From positions 9,858,001-9,922,000 of the forward strand of contig NC_042998.1 in the NCBI RefSeq assembly GCF_006345805.1: DNA of 64,000 nt, in the 5' to 3' direction. The translations under genes and the position numbers were made by a program. How positions within the stretch are numbered: position 1 is the stretch's first letter; each line of letters opens with the position of its first letter. Shown here piece after piece: positions 1 through 12,274 of the stretch. The notes beneath the pieces are model-generated. The model worked only from the letters and a program-made list of their open reading frames with translations, was not told the origin of the DNA and made no database searches. This DNA comes from Octopus sinensis (lineage: Eukaryota).

Positions 1-436
1 ACACATCGATTGGACCGCATTTATAGCATATTTATTAATACAAAGCATGACATAAGAATGACACTTTGTATGTGTGGGTTAATCTACTTTTTTTTCCATT
101 TTCTAATTATTTGCAATGGTTCCTCATAAACACTTGTTTATCCTTTTGTTATCTGCTCTCTATGTGTATGGTGTGCCTGCACACCATCACCCGGGGTTAT
201 TACAGGTAACGGATACTGATAGTATATACGGATATTTTATCCCTCAGTCGGTTACTATAACCGCTAACGCTAGCCACTACACATTCTTTATTTTATCTCC
301 TTCTTTCTTCCTTTGTTCCTTCTTGTGGAAGAGCGTAGGCTCGAAATGTTAAAGATTTTTTCACTTCCCGAGCGTTAAACTAATACATCTGTTTGTTGTC
401 TACACCACCTGTCTTCGTCTTTTGTTTTTTTGTGAG

Positions 437-890
<454 letters not shown>

Positions 891-1603
891 CACATCTAAA
901 TCCCAAATCCCCATTGTTGGTTTAATTTATCAAATTTTATCGTGAAATATTTCAGAGTACATAGTATATTTCTGGTTTTCTTTCATTTGTAAATTTTTAC
1001 TTGAAGGCTGCAAAGACCGGTTCAACATTATAATATCCTGAAATGCTCTAAACGTATACTTTACCTTTTATTTGATGGGAGGGCCCATTCAAATGCATTG
1101 GGTGCAGTCCGAGGCACCTGTTTTGTATTTCATTGTTTAGTTTCCAAAAAACTATTGTCTCTCCTATAGCTAGTTACATTGCAGGCAATTCATTTGCTTT
1201 CTGTTTGATTATATATCTAATCTAGCGAATGTAGTTTATATTCTCTTTGATTATAATCATCTTCATATTCCCCCCACCCCTACGCTTTTACATGTAATTA
1301 TTGTCACTGTTCTCTAATATATTTATCTCTATTTGCAGCGTCTCTATATAATTTTTATTATGCCCAACATCAGCGTTATTGGTAACTTTATCGATTGGAA
1401 CCAAAGCAAATTTTTGCTACAAAAGCTTTTAAGTACAAAATTCTTTTTGTTTTAAAACAGGATCCGCTTATTACAGGCTCCGAGTGTTCATTTTAGTTTA
1501 AACCTGATTCAATTCGTGGTTCACTCTCAGAGCCAGCAGTTTCATGGGAGCGGATAAGTCGATCACATCGGCTCCAGAGCTCAACTGGTATATATTTTAT
1601 AAC

Positions 1604-1834
1604 GACGGCGAGTCGGCAGAATCGTTAGCACGCGGCGCAAAATGCTTAGCGGTATTTCGTCTGCCGTTACGTTCTGAGTTCAAATTCCGCCGAGGTCGAC
1701 TTTGCCTTTCATCTTTTCGGGGTCGATTAAATAAGTACCAGTTACGCACTGGGGTCGATATAATCGACTTAATCCGTTTGTCTGTCCTTGTTTGTCCTCT
1801 CTGTGTTTACTACCTTGTGGGTAATAAAGAAATA
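1604..1834 (+). mobile_element. SINE family 1 (tRNA head ggcggcgagctggcag...gagttcaaattcc, tail aaagaaata)
   Basis: A- and B-box-like head; many near-identical copies in the window. Confidence 0.85.
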
Positions 1835-2474
1835 GGTATTTATTTTATTGACCCTGAAAGGATGAAAAGCATTGTCAACCCCGGTGGAATTTTTAAGTCA
1901 AGACGTAAAGACAGACCAAATGCTGCTTATCATTTTGCCTAGCATGCTAACGATTTTGCCAGCTCGCCATCTTACATACAGTGCTTCGTTTGCATACAGC
2001 TCGCTAACATACAGCGCTCTATTTGCTAGTCAAAGAGTAATGCCAAACTACTGTTTAGTTATGCAAAGTTCTAAAAATAAAAGAAAACTATTTTAGGCGG
2101 AAAAAATATTTTCTGAATCATTGAATAAATAAATAATTATATTTTTGTAAAACAAATGAAATCAAGAAAGAATTTTCAAATATCTACAGACGAGGAATAT
2201 GTGTGAATGTTGGTTTCAAATTTTGGCACAAGGCCAGCAGTTTCAGGGAAAGGGTTAAATAGATTACATCGACCGCAGTTCTCAACTAGTACTTAATTTA
2301 TCGACCTCAAGAGAATGAAAGGCAAAGTCGACCTCGCTGGAATTTGAACTCAGAACGCAAGGGCGGACGAAATGCCGCTTTGCATTTTTTGCCCAGTGTA
2401 CTGACGATGCTACCAGCTCGCCGCCTTAATATGCACAGAATAATGGTTATCATTATGATGGAGTAGAAATTTAT

Positions 2475-2830
2475 GGCGGCGAGTCGGCAGAATCGTTAGC
2501 GTGTCGGACAAAATGTTTAGCGGTATTTCGTCTGCCGTTACGTTCTGAGTTCAAATTCCGCCGAGGTCGACTTTGCCTTTCATCCTTTCGGGGTCAATTA
2601 AATAAGTACCAGTTACGCACTGGGGTCAATATAATCGACTTAATCCGTTTGTCTGTCCTTGTTTGACCTCTCTGTGTTTAGCCCCTTGTAGGTAGTAAAG
2701 AAATAGGTATTTCTTCCGGCTCGTTACGTTCTGAGTTCAAATTCTGCTGAGGTTGACTTTGCTTTTCCAGGTTGAATAAATTAAGAAGCAGTTGAGTCCA
2801 GGGTCAATGTAATTGACTTACCTCTTCCCC
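2475..2830 (+). mobile_element. SINE family 1, full copy plus partial second unit
   Basis: Family consensus match; opposite-strand copy at 2212-2428. Confidence 0.85.
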
Positions 2831-2964
2831 TAAAAACATTGCTGGCTTTGTGCCAAAATTAGAAAGAATTGCGGGTTACAAAATTTACCGTGAATTTTTT
2901 TTCCACAACCGTTATTGCTGTTTATTCCCAGGGCAATACTGATCGGAAGACCTTTGATCGAAGG

Positions 2965-4008
2965 TGTAGCGTACGTTTGAGGGAAATTCCTCTTTCTCCT
3001 TTATTATATACACGTATATCCTTTATTTTACATATGTGCATTTGAACGTAGCAGGCAACAGCTAGCCTTTGGCCGCTATTTGGATCCCGTTGTGTCCACT
3101 AGTCTGATTGGTTGGTATTGGCGCAATTTGTCTCTTACTCGATTGCGTCAACTGCCACGTATAACTAAGATCACGTGGGACAACCTGTTCACAAATCGTT
3201 TGAACCTACTGTTCCTTATAAAAACTCACTTTCTCCCCCGTTCGAAGTCTTTCAGTTCCAGATCTTTTCTGGTCTAGCCACTGACCACACAAGACACAGC
3301 CAGTTCCAGTGACGACACTACAGCAGCCACCTTGAGACTTACCAACTTCGTCTCACAGCATTACGGCAATCTCTATCTTCGTTGCCACCGCCATTTTCAA
3401 CATCATCAACATCATCTCTCTACGTACACAGCTCAACAAGCGACTCGCCCAGGTTCTAACACTTCTCTGTTTGTGAATTACTTCACCATGGATCAACAGC
3501 GAATATACAACCTGCAAGAACTCCTGTACCAAGTGATCCAGGCAGCAGCATCACAGCCGCGACTTCACGTACGACATGTACCTGCAACCGGTTCAGCATC
3601 ATGGCCGCAACTTCTTGATGCAGTATTTCAACTATCGTGTACGAATTGACTACGAATTTATATTCTTATCCTTGTGTCTATGAACATTCTTCTCATTTCG
3701 ATGGCTATAGACTCTTTCACTCTCCCCTTCTTCTTTGCCATTCTTATATGTACTTAACACAGGCGCATACATCTATGCTTACGCACACACACTTTGTTCT
3801 CATGACAGCCTGTCTATTATTCTGTATACATGAGGCGCGCACAGACACACTTTAACATCAATAAATCTTCTTTTAATCATTCTCACGCGGTTGTGTCTCC
3901 ATTTTCTCTCTGGTACTTATATCTACTATTAAATTATATATTTATTGTATCGACCGTGTAATGTACTAAAGAGCCATTCTCGTCACCTCGCATCGTACGG
4001 TCCTTACA
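2965..4008 (+). mobile_element. Solo LTR
   Basis: TG...CA termini (TGTAGCG...CTTACA); flanks aagg/gagg (4-bp TSD, one mismatch); AATAAA at about 3860; diverged relative at 10.4-11.4 kb. Confidence 0.6.
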
Positions 4009-4157
4009 GAGGTCTACTAAGGTGCCACATAGGCAGATTTGCCAGTGTTTTTTTTATGTTTCTGGTTTCCTCTCAAATTCCGCTGATACTAATTTTACTT
4101 TTCATCAACGCTGAACCAATAAATAAGGTACCAGTCAAATATTGAAATCGATTTCTC

Positions 4158-4227
<70 letters not shown>

Positions 4228-6055
4228 AGAAGCCAAGAAATGAGGATTTACGTAGCTCCACCAATCTTTTGATAATGACTCTGTAGACACGACAAAGACA
4301 GAAAAAGTATTCCAGCCGTGACCATACAACCTTTCTAGAAGCATTTAGGATTCCATTATCTAATGCGTCCCTTCGTTTTTAAAGACAACAATATTTAATT
4401 TGAGAGATATCTGACTGCTATTTCTTGCAGGTCGAACGAGCTTACTTAATGATTACTATTGATTGTATCATGTAGATATTAAGGACTTGTAGGGACACGG
4501 TACTTCGTTATGCAACCATGGCATACTGCAAAATATATTCAACTTTTTCATAAGTCAATACCGTGTTCTACTGTGTTAGCAGTGCTCTTATACCAGTTGT
4601 CAAGGTTATTTCTACAGATTTTTTTCTTCTTTTTGTGACATCATCTCGAAATACATTTAAAGTTTTCTCGGTCAAGTTTGTTTATTTCAATCTCTGGCAC
4701 CATATACATTCAAGTGCTGCACTTTGTAAGATAACTTGCTATAAAATGAGTTTATGTACAATATCGCGCAAAGTTGTTGAACGAGCGACAAGAGGTTCTG
4801 ATATAATTTTATCAGCAGAGAGCAAACATTTCTGTCCATTCTGCTTTCTTTCTATGAATGCTATTCTTCCATATATACAAGCAGTTTCTGAGTTACCACG
4901 AAATTCATAAGTTCATGCACGATGTATCCTTTGGCAACCCCTTCTTAAAGGCCCAGATACTGACAGTAGTTTCTTTAATATATTTTCTCATGTGTTGCTT
5001 TTATTTAGTTCCTGATTGAGAAAACCCATGGTCTCTAAGGTATCTCAAGTGTGACCGTCTTTTACGATTCTATAGGACTACATATGAGGCTATGTGGCCT
5101 AGTGGTTAGGATGTTGCACTCTCAACCGTAAGTTCGTTGTTTCGATTCTCCGGACTGGGCGGTGCGTTGTGTTCTTAAGCAAAACACTTCATTTCCCGTT
5201 GATCTGCGATCACTCCCATAACTGGCTTGTGACACATAGTGCACCTGTACTGGCAATGTCGATTTGATAGGGGGTGGTGAGGTCAGGATCAGCACAAACA
5301 TTTTATCTCTATAATCAAATCAACTGCGCAGGCTGTTCGGCAAGAAATTGCTGAATCATGTTTCTCGAACTCGAAAGACATTAATTTAACGTATCTTTCT
5401 TTACTTTAGATAATAGTGTGCTGACTACTGTTATTTCTAGCGGACACATGACCGCGTAGAAGCTCTTTCGTCCGTTCTCTTATTTGTCGGTGATAAAGAA
5501 ACAGTTGATTTTTCCCATTGTTTTAGCGGCAAATTTTCTACTTTGTCCAAATCGATTTTTCAGCTGTTCATGCCTTTTAAATCTTTCGTAATAACCGGTT
5601 TAGCATTTGTGTTTCATAACCTCAGCTTCATACTGTTTGTTGCCTGCCCACCAACACTTTCTTTTTTCTTCCTCCTTTTTTTTTTTTTTTGCTCTTTGGG
5701 GGTTTGTCTGACGTCATCTTCTAAGCCTGATTTTATTCACATTTTTTTTTTGCATTCGAAATATTAGGCTTCGACCTATTAATTTCCATTAATTAATCTA
5801 ATTATTTTTTTTTATTATAAATAATTTTTTTATCATTATAAACTTTGTCTCAAACGTTTCAACATTGAGCATTAAACTAGTACAGTTAAATATAACTATT
5901 GCTTGACCTCTCGATAATCAGAAATATCTAACAAAAGGTGATCATCCATTTGAATTGGGGTGGGGGCTTATGTGCTGCTGATTGGCAGGTGAGACACCAA
6001 TAAAGGTGACAAGAAGGAAAACAAAGGCCATTGAATTAGTAATAGAACAAGCAGT

Positions 6056-6672
6056 GGAGGCGCAATGGCCCAGTGGTTAGGGCAGCGGACTCGCGGTCGT
6101 AGGATCGCGGTTTCGATTCCCAGACCGGGCGTTGTGAGTGTTTATTGAGCGAAAACACCTAACGCTCCACGAGGCTCCGGCAGGGGATGGTGGTGATCCC
6201 TGCTACTTTCTCTCACTCTTACTTCCTGTTTCTGTTGTACCTGTATTTCAAGGGGGCGGCCTTGTCACTCTCTGTGTCACGCTGAGTATCCCCGAGAATT
6301 ACGTTAAGGGTACACGTGTCTGTGGAGTGCTCAGCCACTTACACGTTAATTGTAAGGCGGTGGGCTGGCAGAAACGTTAGCACGCCGGGTGAAAAGCTTA
6401 ACGGTATTTTGTCTGCCGCTACGTTCTGAGTTCAAATTCCGCCGAGGTCGACTTTGCCTTTCATCCTTTCGGGGTCGATTAAATAAGTACCAATCACACA
6501 CTGGGGTCGATGTAATCGACTTAATCCGTTTGTCTGTCCTTGTTTGTCCCCTCTGTGTTTGGCCCCTTGTGGGTAGTAAAGAAATAACTTACACGTTAAT
6601 TTCACGAGCAGGCTGTTCCGTTGATTCGGATCAACCGGAACCCTCGTCGTCGTAACCGATGGAATGCTTCCA
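6056..6672 (+). mobile_element. SINE family 4 (tRNA head ggaggcgcaatggcccagtggttag), split by a family-1 insertion
   Basis: Colinear with the reverse-strand copy at 61946-62310; related heads at about 5084, 11837, 57444, 59848. Confidence 0.8.
6352..6586 (+). mobile_element. SINE family 1 inserted into a family-4 SINE
   Basis: 15-bp TSD ACTTACACGTTAATT at 6337-6351 and 6587-6601. Confidence 0.9.
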
Positions 6673-6757
6673 TCCAATAGAACAAGCATCGAGACGAAAC
6701 AACGAGTATGTGAACTATTGGTTTAAGCCTGTTGGTGGTTGAATATTTGCCACTCAG

Positions 6758-7304
6758 TAGAATTACCTTGTATGGTCGTGGGTATATATGTGGGATCTTT
6801 ACCCTTTGACGTACAAATTTTAAAAAATAATTTTTTGTAACTAAACACTTTCAAACTTCGGACACTGGTAGAATGTGTCATATAGAACATCTTTTACTCT
6901 TAGCATTTTTGAGAAAAACTTATATTTACGAAGTAATTTCACGTTAAAGTAGTCCTATTTCGGTAATTTCAACCAATCAATGACGTGTATTCAGCTGAAT
7001 AAAATTACTGCCGTTGTTTGTCATCAACAACTATCAGCGGTGTATTTTTCGTTTGTTACTGTTATTTATGACATCGTTCGTGCGTTTGTACTGGTTTTAG
7101 CTTTAAGGTTTTAGGGTTAGGGTTAGAGTTTTAGAATAGGGTTAGGGTTAGTGTTAGGTTTTCAGGGTCAGTCTATTTATTCGTTATATTTCACTTTCCT
7201 TCCGTTAAATGTAATGTTATTTCTAGTTGGAAACATCATTTCTGTGGCTATACTATCGGAGCTATTTTTAGCACTAGAGCTATCCACATAGTGGTAACTC
7301 TCTA
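6758..7304. mobile_element. Probable non-autonomous element with an internal degenerate (TTAGGG)n tract
   Basis: ttagggttagggttag...ttagggttag at about 7110-7170; weak terminal inverted similarity tagaattacc / ggtaactctcta. Confidence 0.4.
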
Positions 7305-7314
7305 ATAATTTATG

Positions 7315-7389
<75 letters not shown>

Positions 7390-7397
7390 ATATATAG

Positions 7398-7429
<32 letters not shown>

Positions 7430-8444
7430 AGTCTGATGTGAGAAATTTGTACCAGAAGTTTTCAAGTAGATTTTGTATTTGAAATTACTGGTATTTCTTT
7501 TGACTAACCGACAGAGCTTTAGTTAATAATCTTGTTTGGATTCGGAGTCATCACGCAGCTATGCCCATGAGTTTGGCTGAGAGGGATTCTATTTATCGTC
7601 GAGCTTTGCTTTTGTACATCAGTATACCATGACAATAATTGCGTGCTGAGCGACGACCCTTCATGATATAAGTATCAACCATTTAGGACTGGTCTATTGA
7701 GCAGGATTTTTGCTTCCGTACTGATGGAGTAGGGATGTACTTGCAGAATATATATTTTTCTATGTCTGACCAGATGGTGGTCTTGACCAGGCAAGTCAAA
7801 CTGTAGAGTCTCTATAGGCCACATTGCTCACATACATGTTGTAATAGAGGCAGCATATTTTTTACCCTTCAACATTAAGATTACTGTCAAATTTAATGCT
7901 TATTTATTTACCTTTTTCAATTAATCATCCATTATCTTGTAGCTTTGCTATTTCAATGGTATGATTGTTTACTTTTTGAATGACATTGTAGAGTAGGTGT
8001 GAGAAGCTAGATCTGGTCAGTCTGGACATAAAACAGATAGAATTTTGGGGCTGGATATGGTCTATGTTCAAATGCCGATCTGGCCATTGTAAAATAACTT
8101 TCAATATTCCAAACCTTCTCAATTTTAAATTGGGAAACAAATGAGACCAAGCGCTGAATTACTCGCGCATTCAGCCCACGGGCAGCTTTCACCGGCAGAA
8201 GTTGAAACAAGTGCAAAGTTATCAGATCTACAACCGAACAGAGGTAATAAATTAAAATTTTATCACATTAATTCTTTATTAAGTAAAAATGCTTTAAAAC
8301 CTTTTATTAACTCATCAATAATCCCATTTTTATTGATTAAATTATCATTAATCATTTTTATTATTAAAAATTTGGGGGCTTCCCAATTTTAAAACCTCCA
8401 GCTACGCCATTCGCTGGCCGTGTATTTGACAGACCCGGTCTTGA

Positions 8445-9060
8445 CTATAGGAAGGTTATAAACGGTTTACAAACACACTGATTAATTATTTGCATAAATT
8501 CTGTAATTAGTCTGTGCAAATTTGTGCTATCTTTAAATTTTCTCCGTATCGAGCTTAATTTTGCATTCAGTGAGATGGCCATGAGACTAGAAATTCTGAA
8601 AAACACTGACATTAAAATACGAGTAAATGGCATCGGAAACTTGTGGTATGCACATGACATAGTCCTGTTAACCACTAGAGAAGAAATAAAAAATTCTTCT
8701 CAGTAATGTTACGGAGACCTTTGTTAAGTTTGGAATATTGGTAAATGTCAAAAAGACCAAAGTTATGTGATCAGCTGCAAAACTACAATTTAAGTTACCT
8801 TCTTATCGAAAAGGTCAGGATCGAACAAGTGTTCTCCTTTATGTAGCTTGGTGCTGGACTATATGCAAGGAAATATTGCAGAGGCTAGCACATGCACTTG
8901 TAAGCTTTTGAAAGTTTAGAAAGATATATATGTGAGCACTAACACGAACGTACGCTTTCTCAAGTGTCTCATCTAATCAGTGGCGAAATATGAACCCTAA
9001 AAGTAGCTGGCGAAAAGAAGCTGAAGTTTAGAGGCACTGATGAATCTTTAGGGTATCATA
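8445..9060 (+). mobile_element. RTE-like LINE reverse-transcriptase relic
   Basis: VNGIGNLWYAHDIVLL (degenerate NLRYADD) and NVKKTKVM motifs. Confidence 0.7.
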
Positions 9061-9156
9061 TATCGAGCGAAGATCAATGAATATCATTGTAGATGAGACT
9101 GGCACGAAACCAGTACTTCAGGAAAGAGTTACTCAAAGGAAGCTTCACTGTTTTGA

Positions 9157-9356
9157 GCATGTCTAGAGAATGCACTGTGCTTGGAGGCACAGTGGAAGAA
9201 AGCCTCTCACAAGGAAGACATCTTTTCTGAAACCCTATCAAATGAAACACCTTTGCTGTGTTAATGACGGTGACAAGATCCGTCATTACTGAATGTTTCT
9301 GTAGGGTTAGTTATCTATCTCTGTGTGATATCTGCACTTATAGGGTGCTTCACACA
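9157..9356 (-). ncRNA. Candidate structured RNA (consecutive hairpins with H-box-like hinges)
   Basis: Stems 9322-9356, 9231-9308 (including perfect 9 bp TAATGACGG/CCGTCATTA) and 9159-9221; hinges AGATAA and AGAAAA; ACA at 9162-9160 on minus. Confidence 0.3.
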
Positions 9357-9479
9357 TTTCGCTACAATGTTGTAGAAAGGAATAAAACGGCAGGAACACG
9401 AATCGCTGAACAAATAACAATAAAGATTTATAATTTTCACAGAAGGAGATACTTCATCGCTGGTCATCGGTAGCGGGAA

Positions 9480-9760
9480 CGCCAGGGTTAGGAAAAACAG
9501 CAGAGTCGGATTAAATCACCATGGTTAGAACAGCCTTCACCGCCCGCCGAGTCGGGTTCGCCCTTCGCTCGGAGCCTTGTCGGGACATGCCTTAATTCAT
9601 CGACCGCCAAGAGCCAAGAGGTTTGGAATAGCGGGAAAAGCTAACTGCTCCTGATTACTGCGCATGCGCATCAGGGGACTTCCGGCAGGGATGTCCAACT
9701 TTGCACATGCGCAGATGGAATCCTAAAATGGCGTCTAAAACCTGGCGTCACTACATTTCC
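9480..9760 (-). promoter_or_regulatory. CpG-rich housekeeping-type promoter and first-exon region (locus A)
   Basis: TGCGCATGCGCA (NRF1) 9659-9670; ACTTCCGG (ETS) 9678-9685; TGCACATGCGCA 9702-9713; AAAATGGCG (YY1) 9725-9733; ACTACATTTCC (ZNF143-like) 9750-9760; TCT-like GCTTTTCCC on minus at about 9640. Confidence 0.75.
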
Positions 9761-10399
9761 TTTCTAATTATAGTCCATAGTGGTAGAATAAAATTATAAA
9801 TGATTTTATTTTACCCGTTGTATGGTTGTTGTTTATCTTTAGGTCAGATTTAACTGAGTAGGCCCATGATCAAAAGTATTCCAGCTGTGACCATCGAGGG
9901 ATACTGTTTCCAGACATAGTTTGTTTAGGATGACACTATCCAAAATACCACTCAATTATTAACATAGTAAATTGTACTTTTGGGAAGCAGCCAAGAAACA
10001 CGCCAATGTCTGTAAAAAGTGGAAAACAACTGTTGAGGCCCTATGCTCCACAAGGGACAAAAAGGATTAAGAAGAAGATATTGTACTTTTGGGGTGAAGT
10101 AATGGTAGGGATTTGGCTACTATTTTTGGCAGGTTGAGCGACCAACTAATGGCTCTCTCGGTGACACGGTCTGTGGTAGTGTTATACAGTTGTCGTACAT
10201 GTAAAAGATTTTATACTGCGACTTTTCTTCCTGGTCAAAAGCTTTGTATTATATATCACTCTGAAAGCCCCATCTACATCTGGAAAACAAAAAATTCCTC
10301 TTACAACATGGAGTTTAATAGGTAGGTTTAACTGGGTCAAACAGAATAAGAAACACTTGATTTAACAATTCATTAGAAGTCCTTGGTTCCACACCTTTT

Positions 10400-11396
10400 A
10401 AGGTCTAGCCACTGACCACAAGACAGTCAGTTCCAGCGACAACGCCAGCCAAACACCACCACACGTTGAAACTTACCAACTTCGTCCAACAGCATTACGA
10501 CAACCTGCTTCTTCGTCGCCACCACCATGTCCTTAACGTCGTCAACATCATTTCTATTCGTACACAGATCGGCAAGCAACTCACTCAGGTTCCAACACTT
10601 CTCTGTTTGTGAATTACTTCATGGATCAACAGCGAATATACAACGTGTATGAACTCCTGTATAAGTGACCCAGGCAGCAACATCACAACCACGACTTCAC
10701 GTATGACATGTACCTGTAACCGGCTCAGCATCATGGCCACGACTTCTTGATACGGTATTTCAACTACCGTGTACGAATGACTACGAACTGGTATTATTCG
10801 TCTTAAGGCGGCGAGCTGGCAGAAACGTTAGCACGTCGGGCGAAATGCTTAGCGGTATTTCGTCTGCCGTTACGTTGTGAGTTCAAATTCCGCCGAGGTC
10901 GACTTTACCTTTCATCCTTTCGGGGTCGATAAATTAAGTACTAGTTACGCACTGGGGTCGATGTAATCGACTTAATACCTATGTCTGTCCTTGTTTGTCC
11001 CTTCTATGTTTAGCCCCTTGTGGGTAATAAAGAAATGGGTATTATTCATCTTTCTTGTGTCTATGAACTTCTCACTTCGATGGCTGTAGACTCTTTCACT
11101 CTCTCCTTCTTCGTTGCCATCTTTAAATGTTCTTAACTCACGCCCATATATCTATGCCTGCACACACACACATACATTTAGTTCTCACGACGGCCTGTAT
11201 ATTATTCTGAATACATGACGCACACACATACACACATGTTATTACATCAATAAACATTCTCATAATCATTCTCACGCGGTTGTGCCTTTTTCCCTCTGGC
11301 ACTTTATTTGTTCCCTTCATTTCTATTTATTGTAAATGCTGTGTGGTGAGGTACGAAAGAGCCATTCTCCTCACCTCGCATCTCACGGTCGTTACA
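10400..11396 (+). mobile_element. Diverged relative of the 2965-4008 LTR, interrupted by a SINE
   Basis: Colinear similarity from ggtctagccactgacc to aagagccattctc...gttACA; 5' boundary not resolved. Confidence 0.6.
10806..11037 (+). mobile_element. SINE family 1 inserted into the LTR
   Basis: TSD GGTATTATTC(G/A)TCTT at 10790-10804 and 11038-11052. Confidence 0.9.
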
Positions 11397-12274
11397 ATCA
11401 TATAAAGTAGCAGTGAATCTATGAACACTGTAGAATCCATTTAAGTTCACATAGTTTGTTTGTTAAATTCAAACGACCAGTGTTATCGTAAAATCGTGTT
11501 GGCTAGTCCACTAAATACACAAAAAACAGTCGACTGACTATAATATAATTAGTTCTGGGAAATCGGTCAACTCCTGTGTGCGCAAGGCAAGGCAAATGTG
11601 CATAGCACATTGAGCAAGGATAGCTGTAAAAACGTCTTTAGAGAGTTGTGATAAGGCTGAGTAGCTCTGGAGGACTCACGTAACGCGTGCATAAAGGTAT
11701 GTACAGACATATATAGAGAATAATGTAGTAATATTTTTGATTAAGCTTGTGATTTCTCTTATCTTTTTTAATGTTTAATGTCTACTGTCAATGTCGTTGT
11801 CTGTATAAGTTATTGAATAATTTGTTATATTTATATGTGGAGGCACATGGCCTAGTGGTCGAGGGATCGCGGGTTGGAATCTCAGACCGGGCGATGTGTG
11901 TGTTTATCAGGAATTCTGCGTCCATAGCTGTTTTCACAGCTTCATACTCAAACCAGCACGATTTTCCTAATAGTTATTTTCACGGCTCTTTACCAACTCA
12001 GAGATGATGAAGAATCAATGCTATACGTTTTTGCAGTGATCTGAACGATCAGTTTAATTAATAATTATCAGTGAAGATCTTCAACTCCTGTAAAATGTGA
12101 GGTTCATATAAATTTGATGTTATGTGTATTTTCATGAAGTCTTGTAAAAAAATGTAGCCATAACTGTTGAATATACACTGACATCAAATCTTGTCATAAC
12201 TACGCTACAAACCTGTGTCCATGTAAGTGAGGTACGACTTGTTGCTACAATTTCTTAGTTCTGGAAAACCTCTT

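Noticed and set aside
3332-3649. 105-aa ORF inside the solo LTR
   Set aside because: Starts at TTG, and the frame is broken by indels and a stop in the second LTR copy
6056-6130. tRNA genes at SINE heads (also 1604, 18546, 57444, 59848 and others)
   Set aside because: A/B boxes are present but there is no complete cloverleaf, and each continues into a multi-copy SINE body
7110-7170. True telomere or chromosome fusion site
   Set aside because: Short, degenerate, single orientation and embedded in ordinary repeat-rich sequence
7450-7556. C/D snoRNA starting at GTGATGA on minus; also TGATGA at 53317 on plus
   Set aside because: No CTGA D box at a suitable distance and no convincing terminal stem
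9085-9116. Hammerhead ribozyme (GATGAG...CGAAAC)
   Set aside because: Core reads UAGAUGA rather than CUGAUGA and stem II cannot pair
9671-9686. RNase MRP RNA (GGAAGUCCCC on minus resembles the P4 5' strand)
   Set aside because: No matching ACACGGGGCU-like 3' strand downstream; the sequence is better explained as an ETS site shared with locus B
2965-11396. Full-length LTR retrotransposon bounded by the two LTR relatives
   Set aside because: Copies are clearly diverged, the first has its own TSD-like flanks, and no gag/pol relic or primer-binding site is visible between them
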